A program made the translations under genes and the position numbers. From positions 34,586 through 98,585 of the IMG/VR virus record IMGVR_UViG_3300014204_000137: 64,000 nt of DNA, one strand, 5' to 3'. Positions 9,938 to 19,585 of the stretch are shown here, in pieces. How positions within the stretch are numbered: the stretch's first letter is position 1; every line of letters begins with the position of its first letter. The notes beneath the pieces were generated by a model. That model did no database searches and was not told the origin of the DNA. It worked only from the letters and a program-made list of their open reading frames with translations. The DNA comes from a virus. Lineage: Duplodnaviria; Caudoviricetes.

Positions 9938-10611
9938 AAAAAATAGTTGGAATAGTGAGTGGTGGTTTAGACAGCGTAGCTTTTGCAGCATCTAGAGTAC
10001 AGCCAGGAGATGAACTTTACGTACTAACTTTTAATTACGGTCAAAAAGCTAGCGCAGAAATTTTAGCAGCTCAAGAAGCATTAAAAGGAGTAGCTAAAGA
10101 ATTTAAAGTACTAGATATAACTTTCATGAAAAAGTTGTGGCCTAGAACACAATTAACTGATGACACAGTTAAAGTAGAAGATGGATACACCTCATCAGTA
10201 GTAGTCCCTATTAGGAATGCTGTATTTATTACAATTGGTACTGCATTTGGATATTCTATTGACGCAGACGAAGTTGTAACTGGTTCTCACTTAAGTGATT
10301 GTACGATAGATAATGGAGAACCTATGTATCCAGATTGTAGTCCAGAATTTACGGAAGCTATTCAAACAGCATTGCATTTAGGACACTTTAGAAAACATAG
10401 AAAAATTAAAATCCTTAATCCTGCTGTTTTAGGAATGTCAAAGGCAGATATAGTTAGAGCAGGGTATCCTGTATTAGGCGATAGTATATTCAAAACTTGG
10501 AGTTGTTACTCCACTGGAGAAAAACAATGCGGTCATTGCGAAAGCTGTAATAATAGAAAAACAGCTTTTAGATTAGCGCAAGTAGTAGATAAGACTCATT
10601 ATCAGAGTTGA
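9934..10611 (+). CDS. queC: 7-cyano-7-deazaguanine synthase QueC
   Basis: SGGLDS, F.YGQK, VP.RNAVF, YPDC, TWSCY..GEKQCG.CESC..R; GGAGG RBS 8 nt before ATG 9934. Confidence 0.95.
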   Translation: MKKIVGIVSGGLDSVAFAASRVQPGDELYVLTFNYGQKASAEILAAQEALKGVAKEFKVLDITFMKKLWPRTQLTDDTVKVEDGYTSSVVVPIRNAVFITIGTAFGYSIDADEVVTGSHLSDCTIDNGEPMYPDCSPEFTEAIQTALHLGHFRKHRKIKILNPAVLGMSKADIVRAGYPVLGDSIFKTWSCYSTGEKQCGHCESCNNRKTAFRLAQVVDKTHYQS

Positions 10612-10639
10612 GGTATAATATTTAGTACAGGAGGAACAC

Positions 10640-11044
10640 ATGGAAGAATATTCGATACCAGATCAGTGGTTAGAAGTAACGAAGCAGATTGACAATATAG
10701 GTGGCATCTTAAGATCTGATGCTATTTCAAAAAACTTCAATCCTACAGCAGAGTATAGACGATTGTTAAATGTTCTGACTGGAAGTTATATGTATTTAGT
10801 TCCTCTCTTTAAACAGTATCGTGCAGTTAAAGAGAATAACGAAGTTGCAAAATATGTGCAACTCAAAAACGAACAAACAGTTAAGTTCGTTAGTGCAGCA
10901 GCAGAACGCGAAGCGAGTTCATTTGTTGGTAAGGAAAGATACCTAAGAGATTTCTTAGAAGGTTGGATGTTGGCGGCGGAGAGCGGAATCTATACTTGTA
11001 AAAAACATATCGATTCTGATACCAAAGAAGAGCGACTAGCATAG
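10640..11044 (+). CDS. Helical protein, possibly UvsY-like recombination mediator
   Basis: Coiled-coil character; located near SSB/RecA; own promoter motif at 10610. Confidence 0.4.
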   Translation: MEEYSIPDQWLEVTKQIDNIGGILRSDAISKNFNPTAEYRRLLNVLTGSYMYLVPLFKQYRAVKENNEVAKYVQLKNEQTVKFVSAAAEREASSFVGKERYLRDFLEGWMLAAESGIYTCKKHIDSDTKEERLA

Positions 11045-11079
11045 TTGATGAGTTATAATTTTATTAACGGAGGATAACA

Positions 11080-11856
11080 ATGGACGAATTATGGAATTAT
11101 AACGTCGAGTTGAAGCAATTAAAAGTAGTTGACGATCACGGAAATATCCTTAGCAATCGTTTAGCTACTGTCGAACCAGAAACTGGAAGAGTTATAGGAA
11201 TCGTGACTCCTCGCTTTAAACTTATTCAAAATAAAACCCTCTACGATGTGATGCAGCAAGTAGGAGAACGTTTAGGGTTGAAATTGAATACAGTTCACGT
11301 CTGTCGCAATAAAGCCCTTACCAGTTTTAGATATGGATTCGCAAAACAAGAAGTAGCTGTTGAGAGTGGAGAGAAAGATGATGTAGTACGATTTGGGGTT
11401 GACGTCATCAACACTTTTGACGGAGGATTGTTTTCGAAACGTATTCAATTTACTGCCGATAGGTTAGCATGTTTAAATGGAATGACCCTACCAAGAGAAA
11501 TAGGTCGTATCTCCTTAAATAACCTTTCAGTAGACGAAGGTAGTTTCGCGCGTGTAGTAGAAGGACGAATCAAACCAGTTCTTGAAACTGCACACGTATG
11601 GAACGAATGGGCAAAGTTTACTCCCAACAGATTAAAGGTTGGAGAGTTTATTAGCAAGAAGTTGCCCTCAAAGGTCAGCGCGGATCTTTTAAATAGGTTC
11701 GATGCAGGAAGAGATAGAACACTTTGGGGATTGTACAATTTAGTAACGTTTTACGCAACACACGAACTTAAGACACGTACACCTGAAAATTTAAGGTTAC
11801 GTCAAATGGAGTTGGCGTCAGTAGAGAACTCTTTTTATAATACTGATTTTAAATAA
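11080..11856 (+). CDS. DUF932-like phage protein
   Basis: GIVT.RF..IQN, N.FDG, R..C.NG, TLWGLYN.VT. Confidence 0.75.
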   Translation: MDELWNYNVELKQLKVVDDHGNILSNRLATVEPETGRVIGIVTPRFKLIQNKTLYDVMQQVGERLGLKLNTVHVCRNKALTSFRYGFAKQEVAVESGEKDDVVRFGVDVINTFDGGLFSKRIQFTADRLACLNGMTLPREIGRISLNNLSVDEGSFARVVEGRIKPVLETAHVWNEWAKFTPNRLKVGEFISKKLPSKVSADLLNRFDAGRDRTLWGLYNLVTFYATHELKTRTPENLRLRQMELASVENSFYNTDFK

Positions 11857-11864
11857 AGGAGGTA

Positions 11865-12479
11865 GTGAAAATGGACCACAGTTGGAAAGATAGTAGTAAT
11901 GAGAAAGAAATTTTTAGCAAGGAAGGCTATTCGGAAATAAAACGCCTTGCTATGAAAGAAGGAGAATACACTATTCGTATTCTGGTGGCACCTAAGTTGT
12001 TTAGGTTTCACTGGATTGATGAAGTCAATCGATCAATCAATTGCGGACCCGATTGCGAACTTTGCGCTTCTGGAGAACGTGGTCAACTAAGGTACGCTGT
12101 CACCATTATTGATCGGGCTGATGGAGCAATTAAGATTTGGGAGTTTGGTCGCAGAGTAAAAACTTCCATTGCTAATATTGCTGACAAGTACGGAGATCCT
12201 ACGAATTATGACCTAACGATTATTCGTAAGGGTATGAAGGCAGAAGATACAGTGTACACAGTAATTCCAGCACGCGAAGAAAAAGCTTTAACGGACGCAG
12301 AGAAAAAGCTTCCTTTGTACGATCTGGAAAAATTGTACGCAGTAACTCCTAAAGAAGTAGTTGCATCATACCTTAAAGGAATCGTTCCTGAAAGGTCAAA
12401 AGAGAAGGCAGAAGCGAAGGATCGTGGTGGAGATAAGATTGTCGAGAAGGGCACCGACGATTTACCTACGCTTTCGTAA
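11865..12479 (+). CDS. Single-stranded DNA-binding protein (gp32-like)
   Basis: IRIL, HW...C..DC.LC Zn site, IIDR.DG..KIWEFG, YGDP..YDL.I.R.G...T.Y.V.P, charged tail. Confidence 0.75.
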   Translation: MKMDHSWKDSSNEKEIFSKEGYSEIKRLAMKEGEYTIRILVAPKLFRFHWIDEVNRSINCGPDCELCASGERGQLRYAVTIIDRADGAIKIWEFGRRVKTSIANIADKYGDPTNYDLTIIRKGMKAEDTVYTVIPAREEKALTDAEKKLPLYDLEKLYAVTPKEVVASYLKGIVPERSKEKAEAKDRGGDKIVEKGTDDLPTLS

Positions 12480-12489
12480 GGAGTAACGC

Positions 12490-12957
12490 ATGTTTGCAGG
12501 TACTTTATTGGGTCTCGACCTATCTAGCACCGAGACGGGTTGGTGTCTTGCTAAAAACGGTAAAATAGTTAAATACGGTACTATTAAACCTGGTTCAGAT
12601 TTAGACTCAATTGAGAAACTTATCTACGTAGCAGAAGAATGCCAAAAGTTAATTATTAAGCATCGCGTAGAAGAGTTAGTCATAGAGGACATTTATTGTG
12701 GATGGGTGCAAGCATTCTTGATTCTAGCACGACTTCAAGGAGCTATCATCCACATGTGGTATAAAATGAAGTTAAGGGGTCCTGTTATCATCAGAACTGT
12801 AACTGCTCGTAAGGCAATTGGAGCTCCTCCAACAGGAAAGAAGAAAGCTGTAATGGCTGTCGTAAATGCAATCCTCAACAAGGATATTAAGAACGATAAT
12901 ATTAGTGATGCATGCGTACTAATATTGGCGTATCTAAAAGAAGAGGATCCTAAATGA
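12490..12957 (+). CDS. ruvC: RuvC-like Holliday junction resolvase
   Basis: LGLDLS...TGW, VIED, K..V, DNISDA. Confidence 0.85.
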   Translation: MFAGTLLGLDLSSTETGWCLAKNGKIVKYGTIKPGSDLDSIEKLIYVAEECQKLIIKHRVEELVIEDIYCGWVQAFLILARLQGAIIHMWYKMKLRGPVIIRTVTARKAIGAPPTGKKKAVMAVVNAILNKDIKNDNISDACVLILAYLKEEDPK

Positions 12958-13988
12958 GTGATGAAAAGTTAACACAAGCAGCAACTGAACTTAATAAGTA
13001 TTTCAAAAAGATGATCATTGCTCCCGCATCTTTAATGATAGGATCAGAAATTCCTAGGATCTCTTCAGGCAGCATTGCATTAAATATAGAAATAGGCGGA
13101 GGATTTCCTAGAGGAAGGTTGATTGAAATTTTTGGTAGAGAGAGTTCAGGTAAAACGTACATTACTTTAAAGACTATGGCAGAGGCGCAAAAATTAGGTA
13201 AGGGATTATGGATTGATGCTGAAGGCGTTTTTGATCCTGCTTGGAGTAAGTTAGTAGGAGTAGATTTAGATAAACTTGATTTAGCTGTTCCTGAAACTGG
13301 AGAACAAGCTGGTACAATTTTAGACACAGCAGTTAGATCAAACGAATACTCTCTAATAGTTTTAGACTCAGTAGCATCTCTACTTCCAACAGAAGATTTA
13401 GAAAAAGCGATGAACGAATCAGAACGCATTGGTAATAGAGCGATGATGATGAATCGTATCGTAAGAAAAATTCAATCTGGATTAAATACGAGAGTTGACG
13501 GAAAACCAAACCAAACCTGCATCATATTTATTAATCAGATTAGAGAAAACATTGGAGTAACTTATGGAAACGCTGATGACACTCCTGGAGGATTAGGAGT
13601 TAGATTTGGTGCTTCAATGAGATTGCTTATGTGGAGAGCTGATTTAATAAAAGAGAAACCAGAAGAAGGAGATACAGGTGCATTATCAGATGGAAAAATA
13701 ATTACGGGTATTACTATCAAGTTTAAGACAGTTAAAAATAAAACCTTTACACCACTCAAGTCAGGACAATTCATTTTATATACTGAAGGGGAGAGAGGAG
13801 CGCAGATAGATAAGACTGACGAAATTATGCGATATGGAATTGTGTCGGGAGTTATAAAACAGAGTGGACCCAGTTACGCTTATGCAGGACATAAATTTTT
13901 AGGTAAAGAAGCAGTAGCAAACTTCTTAAAAGAAAATCCAAAAGAGATAGATATTATATACGAAGAAATCAAAAAGGTATATAGATGA
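12954..13988 (+). CDS. recA: RecA recombinase
   Basis: GGFPRGR.IEIFG.ESSGKT, IDAE, VLDSVA, FINQIR, TPGG, VKNK. Confidence 0.95.
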   Translation: MSDEKLTQAATELNKYFKKMIIAPASLMIGSEIPRISSGSIALNIEIGGGFPRGRLIEIFGRESSGKTYITLKTMAEAQKLGKGLWIDAEGVFDPAWSKLVGVDLDKLDLAVPETGEQAGTILDTAVRSNEYSLIVLDSVASLLPTEDLEKAMNESERIGNRAMMMNRIVRKIQSGLNTRVDGKPNQTCIIFINQIRENIGVTYGNADDTPGGLGVRFGASMRLLMWRADLIKEKPEEGDTGALSDGKIITGITIKFKTVKNKTFTPLKSGQFILYTEGERGAQIDKTDEIMRYGIVSGVIKQSGPSYAYAGHKFLGKEAVANFLKENPKEIDIIYEEIKKVYR

Positions 13989-14287
13989 GTCTTCCAGGAT
14001 ATCTTCAACCAGAGACTAATAGACATCGTTCAATAAGACAAGAGAAAAGAGTTCAACGTCAATTAGCTTCAGGTGCACTATGGCAACACAAAGGCGATCT
14101 AATCGACGATCTAGCAATGTATGAGTGTAAAATAGGAAAGAAACAAGTAACAGTAACATACGACATGCTTAAAAAGATCTTTGAAGAGGCTGGTAAAGAA
14201 GGTAAACAGCCAGTATTGATTATTGAAATTGGAGATAAGCAATTTACTGGATTGGTCACTCACAATAAGAGAGGTGATATATGTTGA
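13985..14287 (+). CDS. PD-(D/E)XK nuclease, Hjc-like resolvase
   Basis: QE.RV, ASGA...KGD, ECK. Confidence 0.75.
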   Translation: MSLPGYLQPETNRHRSIRQEKRVQRQLASGALWQHKGDLIDDLAMYECKIGKKQVTVTYDMLKKIFEEAGKEGKQPVLIIEIGDKQFTGLVTHNKRGDIC

Positions 14288-15027
14288 GAAAGATTGCAAG
14301 TTTTTTGAATCAATCGTTACGAATTTCAATTCGCGTTGTAACTCTAGCTGTTCTTTTATATGGATTCGCATTCGTCGCTTCTGTGAATAGCGTTTTACTT
14401 GAGCAAGATCAAAAAACAGACGTAATTTGCGAAGCTATTAAGAACGCTCGATTATTAGCTATCTCGCGACAGACGCCCAATTTTGAAAATTTATTGAAGA
14501 CGAATGTAGTAATTTATAATTTAACAAAAGAGTGTGCGGGTTCGGGAGTAGTTTTAGATGTATACGGTAAAACGTATATTTTATCTGCAGCTCATCTAGA
14601 TGATCCTACTGATCTATTCTATATGGATGAGGACAACACGCCTATTAAATTAAAAATTGTAAAGACTGATAAGGTAAAAGATCTACTACTATTTGAAGCA
14701 GAGGCACTTCCCGCTACTCTTCATACGTCAAGTCTAGCGTCAACTGAACCAAATATAGGAGAACGCGTTTGGGCAGTAGGTAATCCTGCAATGTTAGAAG
14801 ACGCTATTACTTCTGGAGAAATTATGCAGAAAGAAAGAGACTCCTATTATTCGAACTGCTTAATTTATATGGGAAATAGTGGTGGAGGAATGTTTAATAA
14901 AAATGGTCAATTAGTAGGAATTAATGTGGGATTAAAATTTAGACCACCCCACTATGGAGTTAGCGTTTCAGTAAGACTTAAAGCAATTCTAGCATTCTTA
15001 GAAGAATTCAAAAACGAGGTCAAGTGA
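14281..15027 (+). CDS. Membrane-anchored trypsin-like serine protease
   Basis: N-terminal TM; SAAH, DLLL, GNSGGG triad. Confidence 0.9.
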   Translation: MLRKIASFLNQSLRISIRVVTLAVLLYGFAFVASVNSVLLEQDQKTDVICEAIKNARLLAISRQTPNFENLLKTNVVIYNLTKECAGSGVVLDVYGKTYILSAAHLDDPTDLFYMDEDNTPIKLKIVKTDKVKDLLLFEAEALPATLHTSSLASTEPNIGERVWAVGNPAMLEDAITSGEIMQKERDSYYSNCLIYMGNSGGGMFNKNGQLVGINVGLKFRPPHYGVSVSVRLKAILAFLEEFKNEVK

Positions 15028-15980
15028 TAACATTTATTGCAGATTTACATCTCTCTATCAATAACAGGCTAGACGATTTTAAGAAGGTGTTGATAGAGCA
15101 AATAGTACCAGAGGCGAACAAATCGAAGAAGTTCTATATACTTGGAGACATCTACCACGATAGGAGACCCCACCCGCTTGAAATGAATGTATTCAGAGAT
15201 TTCTTATTACTACTTAAGATTCCTACACTTATAATAGTGGGTAACCACGATAAGAATTTAACATCGAGCACCATAGATGAAATTCTAAAGTGGAACCTTC
15301 CAAATCTAACAGTACAGTATCCACCATATGTAGATGAATGCGAAGGATTGACTCTATATTTAGATCATGATATGATCGAAGGAGCTAAATTAGGTCCTTC
15401 TAATATTAGCTTGGATGTGAAGGGTGCTCGAAAGGTCTCTCAACTCCCGAAAACATTCGAGGGGCATGATGGAATTAAAAAAATAGATTTTTATCTGTTT
15501 GGACATATTCATAAAGCTCAAATAATTAATAAAGAGCCTCTTGTATTATACGTGGGGAGTATTGACCACATAGATTTTGCAGAACGCAATGAAGATAAAT
15601 TTTTATTTCAAATAGATGAGACTACAAAAAAGTATGGGTATAAAAAGTTAATTACTCGACCTATGATTCAGATCGAATTAGATTTAGGAAAAGAAGAATA
15701 TATGTTTACAGCCGATACAACAGACGCAATAGTTAAAGTAGTGGTGACAGGTACTAAAGCTCAAATAGGAAAGTTTAATGAAGGTCCTATAAGAGAAGCT
15801 TGCAAAAATTCGCTTAGATATTCTCTATTATATAGAATAATAAGAGAGAACATAATAAGGAGTGAATCTGTAAATGAGAGCAAGAATTCTAAGGAGTGCT
15901 TCAAAGAGTACGCAAAATTAAATCAATTTTCAGAAGAAGAAGTTAGAAGAGGAATGGAGATTTTAGGTGAACATCCTTAG
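15024..15980 (+). CDS. sbcD: SbcD/Mre11-like nuclease
   Basis: ADLH, LGDIY, GNHD, GHIH, Y.GS....DF.E. Confidence 0.9.
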   Translation: MITFIADLHLSINNRLDDFKKVLIEQIVPEANKSKKFYILGDIYHDRRPHPLEMNVFRDFLLLLKIPTLIIVGNHDKNLTSSTIDEILKWNLPNLTVQYPPYVDECEGLTLYLDHDMIEGAKLGPSNISLDVKGARKVSQLPKTFEGHDGIKKIDFYLFGHIHKAQIINKEPLVLYVGSIDHIDFAERNEDKFLFQIDETTKKYGYKKLITRPMIQIELDLGKEEYMFTADTTDAIVKVVVTGTKAQIGKFNEGPIREACKNSLRYSLLYRIIRENIIRSESVNESKNSKECFKEYAKLNQFSEEEVRRGMEILGEHP

Positions 15981-16284
15981 AGTAACTCTTCACAACTTCA
16001 TGTCCTACAAGCATATAGAGATAGACTTTAAGGAATCGGGAGTTTATAATTTAATAGGCTTAACTGGCTCAGGAAAGTCGGCAATACGCGATGCAATTAC
16101 TTGGTGTTATTTTGGGAAGAGTAGAGTATCAGGAGCAGGTGACGAACTCATACATAACGGAGAAACTTTTATGTATGTGGTAGTTAACGCACTAATCAAT
16201 AAAAAAGTTTATAGCGTAACTAGATCTAAAGAATTAAAGCAAACTACGAAATTAGAAGTAGAGGAACAAGTATGTTCGGAATAA
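15967..16284 (+). CDS. sbcC: SbcC/Rad50 ATPase, N-terminal fragment
   Basis: LHNFMSY, Walker A G.TGSGKS..DAI.W..FG; stops after 105 aa. Confidence 0.85.
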   Translation: MNILRVTLHNFMSYKHIEIDFKESGVYNLIGLTGSGKSAIRDAITWCYFGKSRVSGAGDELIHNGETFMYVVVNALINKKVYSVTRSKELKQTTKLEVEEQVCSE

Positions 16285-16574
16285 AAATTCTTAAAGAAAT
16301 TTTGGATAAGTTGAACATCATTCTATCATATACTATGGTCGACACTAATACTTCACTTATGGATGTATATAATCACGTAGTCGATGAGCAACAGATTAGG
16401 GAGTTAAAAAATAAAAAACCTCCACGGTTATCAGAAGACGAAGAAAACACACTTATTATATTTGCACAACGTACTGGCAAGTTTAAAATAGATCAAGAAC
16501 GAGGAGTGATGATAGTTGAGAAGGATGGATTCAACTATGAAATTCCAAAATCGAGATTACTGCACAATGAATAA
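16272..16574 (+). CDS. Hypothetical protein inserted between sbcC halves
   Basis: GAGG RBS; overlaps both sbcC fragments. Confidence 0.7.
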   Translation: MFGIKILKEILDKLNIILSYTMVDTNTSLMDVYNHVVDEQQIRELKNKKPPRLSEDEENTLIIFAQRTGKFKIDQERGVMIVEKDGFNYEIPKSRLLHNE

Positions 16575-17796
16575 AACTGGTAACACACTTAGAGAGACAC
16601 AAGAAGTTTTGGTAAACTTATTAGGGTTCGATTATGATGTTTTCAAAACAACTAGCTGTTTTGAGCAAAATAATTCTGATGCGTTCTCTCAACTTAATCC
16701 TACAGAAGCAAAACAATTAATAATGAAGCTACTCCAATTAGAGGAGTATTCTAGTTACGAGCAACTTGCTAGAGAAAAAGCAAATCTCTTTGAGAGCGAG
16801 CTTCAAGTAGCCAGCATTACTCGTAACACATTAGCAACTGAATCTCAAAAACAAGTAGTAGATTTAGACAAGATTCAAAAAGAGATGAGTATTAATAAAT
16901 TAAAAATTGAGACGTTAGAAGCAAAAAGAACTCTAATAAAAACTACCATAGAGATAGAGCAAAAATTGAAAGAACTGAAGCAAAGTAAATTAAAGTTTGA
17001 TAGTATGGACAAATGCCCAACATGTTTACAAAAAGTACAACCCGAACATAAAAGTCAAATAGCTTCTAAATACGATCTAAAAATATCTGAACTAGAAAAT
17101 TCGTTACCTAAGGACATAAAAACAACTGAACTTCGAGAAGTAGACGAAACTATTAGCAATCTCAAGCAAGCAAACTTAGAAGGTAAATTCTTAGTAGAGA
17201 GCCAAATTAAAAAATCACAGACTGACGCTAATAACTTAGAAGAAGTAGATAAAAAGATTTTTAACCTAAAAGAAGAAATTGCTATCTATAAAAAACTAGC
17301 TACCGCTTTTGGGAGAAATGGTATACCTGCATTCATAATAGAGAATTCTATTCCCGAAATTGAGAGTAACGCAAACGAACTTCTAGATGAGTTGGAAATT
17401 AATATGCAGTTAAAATTAGAACTTCAAAAAGAACTTAAGGGGGGAGGTACTTCTGAGACTCTAGATATTCAAGTATGTAGAGATAAGTGGCAGATGTCGT
17501 ACTTCAACTTCTCCGGAGGAGAGAGATTCCTAATAGATTTAGTTTTGCGCATATCTCTAAGTGTTTTATTATTGCGTCGCAAGGGGTGCAATAATAGCAC
17601 TCTTATTATAGATGAAGGATTTGGTAATTTGGATAGTGAAAATAGGATGAAGGCTTTAAAACTAGTATCAATAGTAAAGGAAAAGTATAACTTTCAAAAA
17701 ATTATTATCATTTCACATATTTCTGAGATACAAGATAGTATAGGTAATAAAATTAAAATAGTAAAACGCGGAACTGAAAGTTTTGTAGAGTTATAA
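16567..17796 (+). CDS. sbcC: SbcC/Rad50 ATPase, C-terminal fragment
   Basis: RETQ..L..LLG.DY..F....FEQ, Zn hook CPTC, signature FSGGE, Walker B LIIDEGFG.LD, ISH. Confidence 0.9.
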   Translation: MNKTGNTLRETQEVLVNLLGFDYDVFKTTSCFEQNNSDAFSQLNPTEAKQLIMKLLQLEEYSSYEQLAREKANLFESELQVASITRNTLATESQKQVVDLDKIQKEMSINKLKIETLEAKRTLIKTTIEIEQKLKELKQSKLKFDSMDKCPTCLQKVQPEHKSQIASKYDLKISELENSLPKDIKTTELREVDETISNLKQANLEGKFLVESQIKKSQTDANNLEEVDKKIFNLKEEIAIYKKLATAFGRNGIPAFIIENSIPEIESNANELLDELEINMQLKLELQKELKGGGTSETLDIQVCRDKWQMSYFNFSGGERFLIDLVLRISLSVLLLRRKGCNNSTLIIDEGFGNLDSENRMKALKLVSIVKEKYNFQKIIIISHISEIQDSIGNKIKIVKRGTESFVEL

Positions 17797-17816
17797 TATA
17801 ATTGAGGAGAATCAAT

Positions 17817-18788
17817 ATGCGCTCGAACAAGAGACTATCTAAAAAAGTAGTAGAGTTAGTAAATTCAGAACAATGGGAAAGAGCCGCAAGTAAAGTAGTT
17901 CCCATCCTCAGAAAAAATATTTTCGACATTTCTACTCCTAAAATAATTAAACAATCTCACGAAGAAGAAGCGGTATTACTTCTTTCTGACATCCACACGG
18001 GAATGATTAATAGACATCCTCTTACTGGAGAGGTAACGTACAACGACGAAATTAGATCAAAAGAATACGTCTACTTGCGAGATTCGATCAGTAGTGTAAA
18101 AGGTTTATTAGATAAATCATTTAATATGAGGAACTTGCATATCTTCTGTTTAGGAGATATTGTTACCAACGATAGAATATTCGAGGGACAAAAATTTGAA
18201 ATTAGTTGTGGTATCGGGGAGCAGATCTGGGTAGCAGTGAGAGACTTAACAAACTTTATAGGAGAAATGAAAAAGCTATTTATTACGGTTCACTTCGAGG
18301 GAGTGATAGGAAATCATGGTAGAACGTTTCCAGATTATCAGACTGAACCTGTTCAAAATAATTTCGAATACCACCTATATAGAATTTTGCAAATGGTATT
18401 TGCAAATGATAAGCGAGTAAAGATAACTGTTCCCGAAACAGCTACTCATTCTGTAGATATCAGAGGACACAAGTATTATATGTCTCACGGAAATAACATT
18501 CGTGGATTGTCTAGAAATGCTTTAGAGAGATCCGTCAAAGACATCTTAGTAGCGTTACCAGAAGGATTTGACATTTATACGATTGGGCACCTCCACCGTT
18601 GTGAGAATATGGACCTTAATGAGAACTCAATGCTTTTAATTAATGGCTGTTGGATTAAAGCAGATTGCTTCGGATATGAAGTTTTCAAACAATTTAGCAA
18701 TCCTCGTCAATGGTTTTTTGGAGTCAGTGATAAACGTCCAATAACTTGGTGGTATAGATTAGGATTACAGGCACCGGAGAAAAAATGA
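17817..18788 (+). CDS. Calcineurin-like metallophosphoesterase
   Basis: SDIH.G, LGDIV, GNHGR, HG, GHLH. Confidence 0.85.
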   Translation: MRSNKRLSKKVVELVNSEQWERAASKVVPILRKNIFDISTPKIIKQSHEEEAVLLLSDIHTGMINRHPLTGEVTYNDEIRSKEYVYLRDSISSVKGLLDKSFNMRNLHIFCLGDIVTNDRIFEGQKFEISCGIGEQIWVAVRDLTNFIGEMKKLFITVHFEGVIGNHGRTFPDYQTEPVQNNFEYHLYRILQMVFANDKRVKITVPETATHSVDIRGHKYYMSHGNNIRGLSRNALERSVKDILVALPEGFDIYTIGHLHRCENMDLNENSMLLINGCWIKADCFGYEVFKQFSNPRQWFFGVSDKRPITWWYRLGLQAPEKK

Positions 18789-18940
18789 AAAAGACTACTG
18801 TTGGGACCGTACCGGAACAGAAATGCGCGCATAAAATCCAAACGGTGACAGCTAGGAGAGACTGCACAATATCAGAAGCAGAGTTAGATAGAGAATTTTC
18901 AAGAGGTTTACCAGGAATGAGGGAGAGTGATTATGATTAA
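18785..18940 (+). CDS. Small hypothetical protein (51 aa, MKKTTVGTVPEQKCAH...)
   Basis: ATGA-coupled open frame filling the gap; below ORF-track cutoff. Confidence 0.45.
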   Translation: MKKTTVGTVPEQKCAHKIQTVTARRDCTISEAELDREFSRGLPGMRESDYD

Positions 18941-19583
18941 TTCGTACTTAGATTACACTGATCTTAATCTAGCGAAGCCATCTAAAGAAGTAATGGAATC
19001 AGTTAAGGATGCCATCTTCTTGAACTGTTATGGCTTTTGTACATATATTAGCAACCACTTCTTAGTAGATAAGGTAGTAACTAGAGCGAATAGTCAGATC
19101 AAAAAGATTTATGTGGTGGGATTTCCGCAGGGAACCATGCGAGAGTATAGACGAGATCTCTCTCATATTGAATATTGTAACGCAGATGAGATTGATGTCG
19201 TATTACCAGCATACTTTCATTTTGACAAACTTATTAGAGCATCAAAGATGTTAAGTGCAGTACGAAAGTTAACTAAAGGAAAGGTTTTGAAAGTAATTAT
19301 CGAGACCACTCTTTTAGACGAGAAGGGTATTTTTTCAGCAGTACGTTTAGTAGAAGATGTTGGAGGAGATTATATCAAAACCAATACGGGATTCATCCAC
19401 ACTAGAAGAACTCGTACATTAGTGGAGGATGTTAAATTAATCAAGGAGTATACCAAACTACCTATTAAAGCGTCAGGGGGTATCCGCGATTATTCTCTAG
19501 CTAAAGAATTAGTAGACGCAGGAGTTTCTAGAATAGGTACATCCTCAGCAAGACAAATCATTGATGGGGAGAAAGCGAGTTAA
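18933..19583 (+). CDS. deoC: Deoxyribose-phosphate aldolase
   Basis: D.T.L, VGFPQG, ADEIDVV, LKVIIET, IKTNTGF (Schiff-base Lys), IKASGGIR, RIGTSS. Confidence 0.92.
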   Translation: MINSYLDYTDLNLAKPSKEVMESVKDAIFLNCYGFCTYISNHFLVDKVVTRANSQIKKIYVVGFPQGTMREYRRDLSHIEYCNADEIDVVLPAYFHFDKLIRASKMLSAVRKLTKGKVLKVIIETTLLDEKGIFSAVRLVEDVGGDYIKTNTGFIHTRRTRTLVEDVKLIKEYTKLPIKASGGIRDYSLAKELVDAGVSRIGTSSARQIIDGEKAS

Positions 19584-19585
19584 CA

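Noticed and set aside
16272-16574. Split intein in sbcC (insert ends LLHNE)
   Set aside because: HN is followed by Glu and a stop, not by a Cys/Ser/Thr extein, and the N-fragment has no intein N-domain
18845-18867. Small GC-richer stem GTGACAGCTAGGAGAGACTGCAC as an ncRNA
   Set aside because: Short, imperfect, single copy and within a plausible coupled 51-aa ORF; cannot be supported without a covariance search
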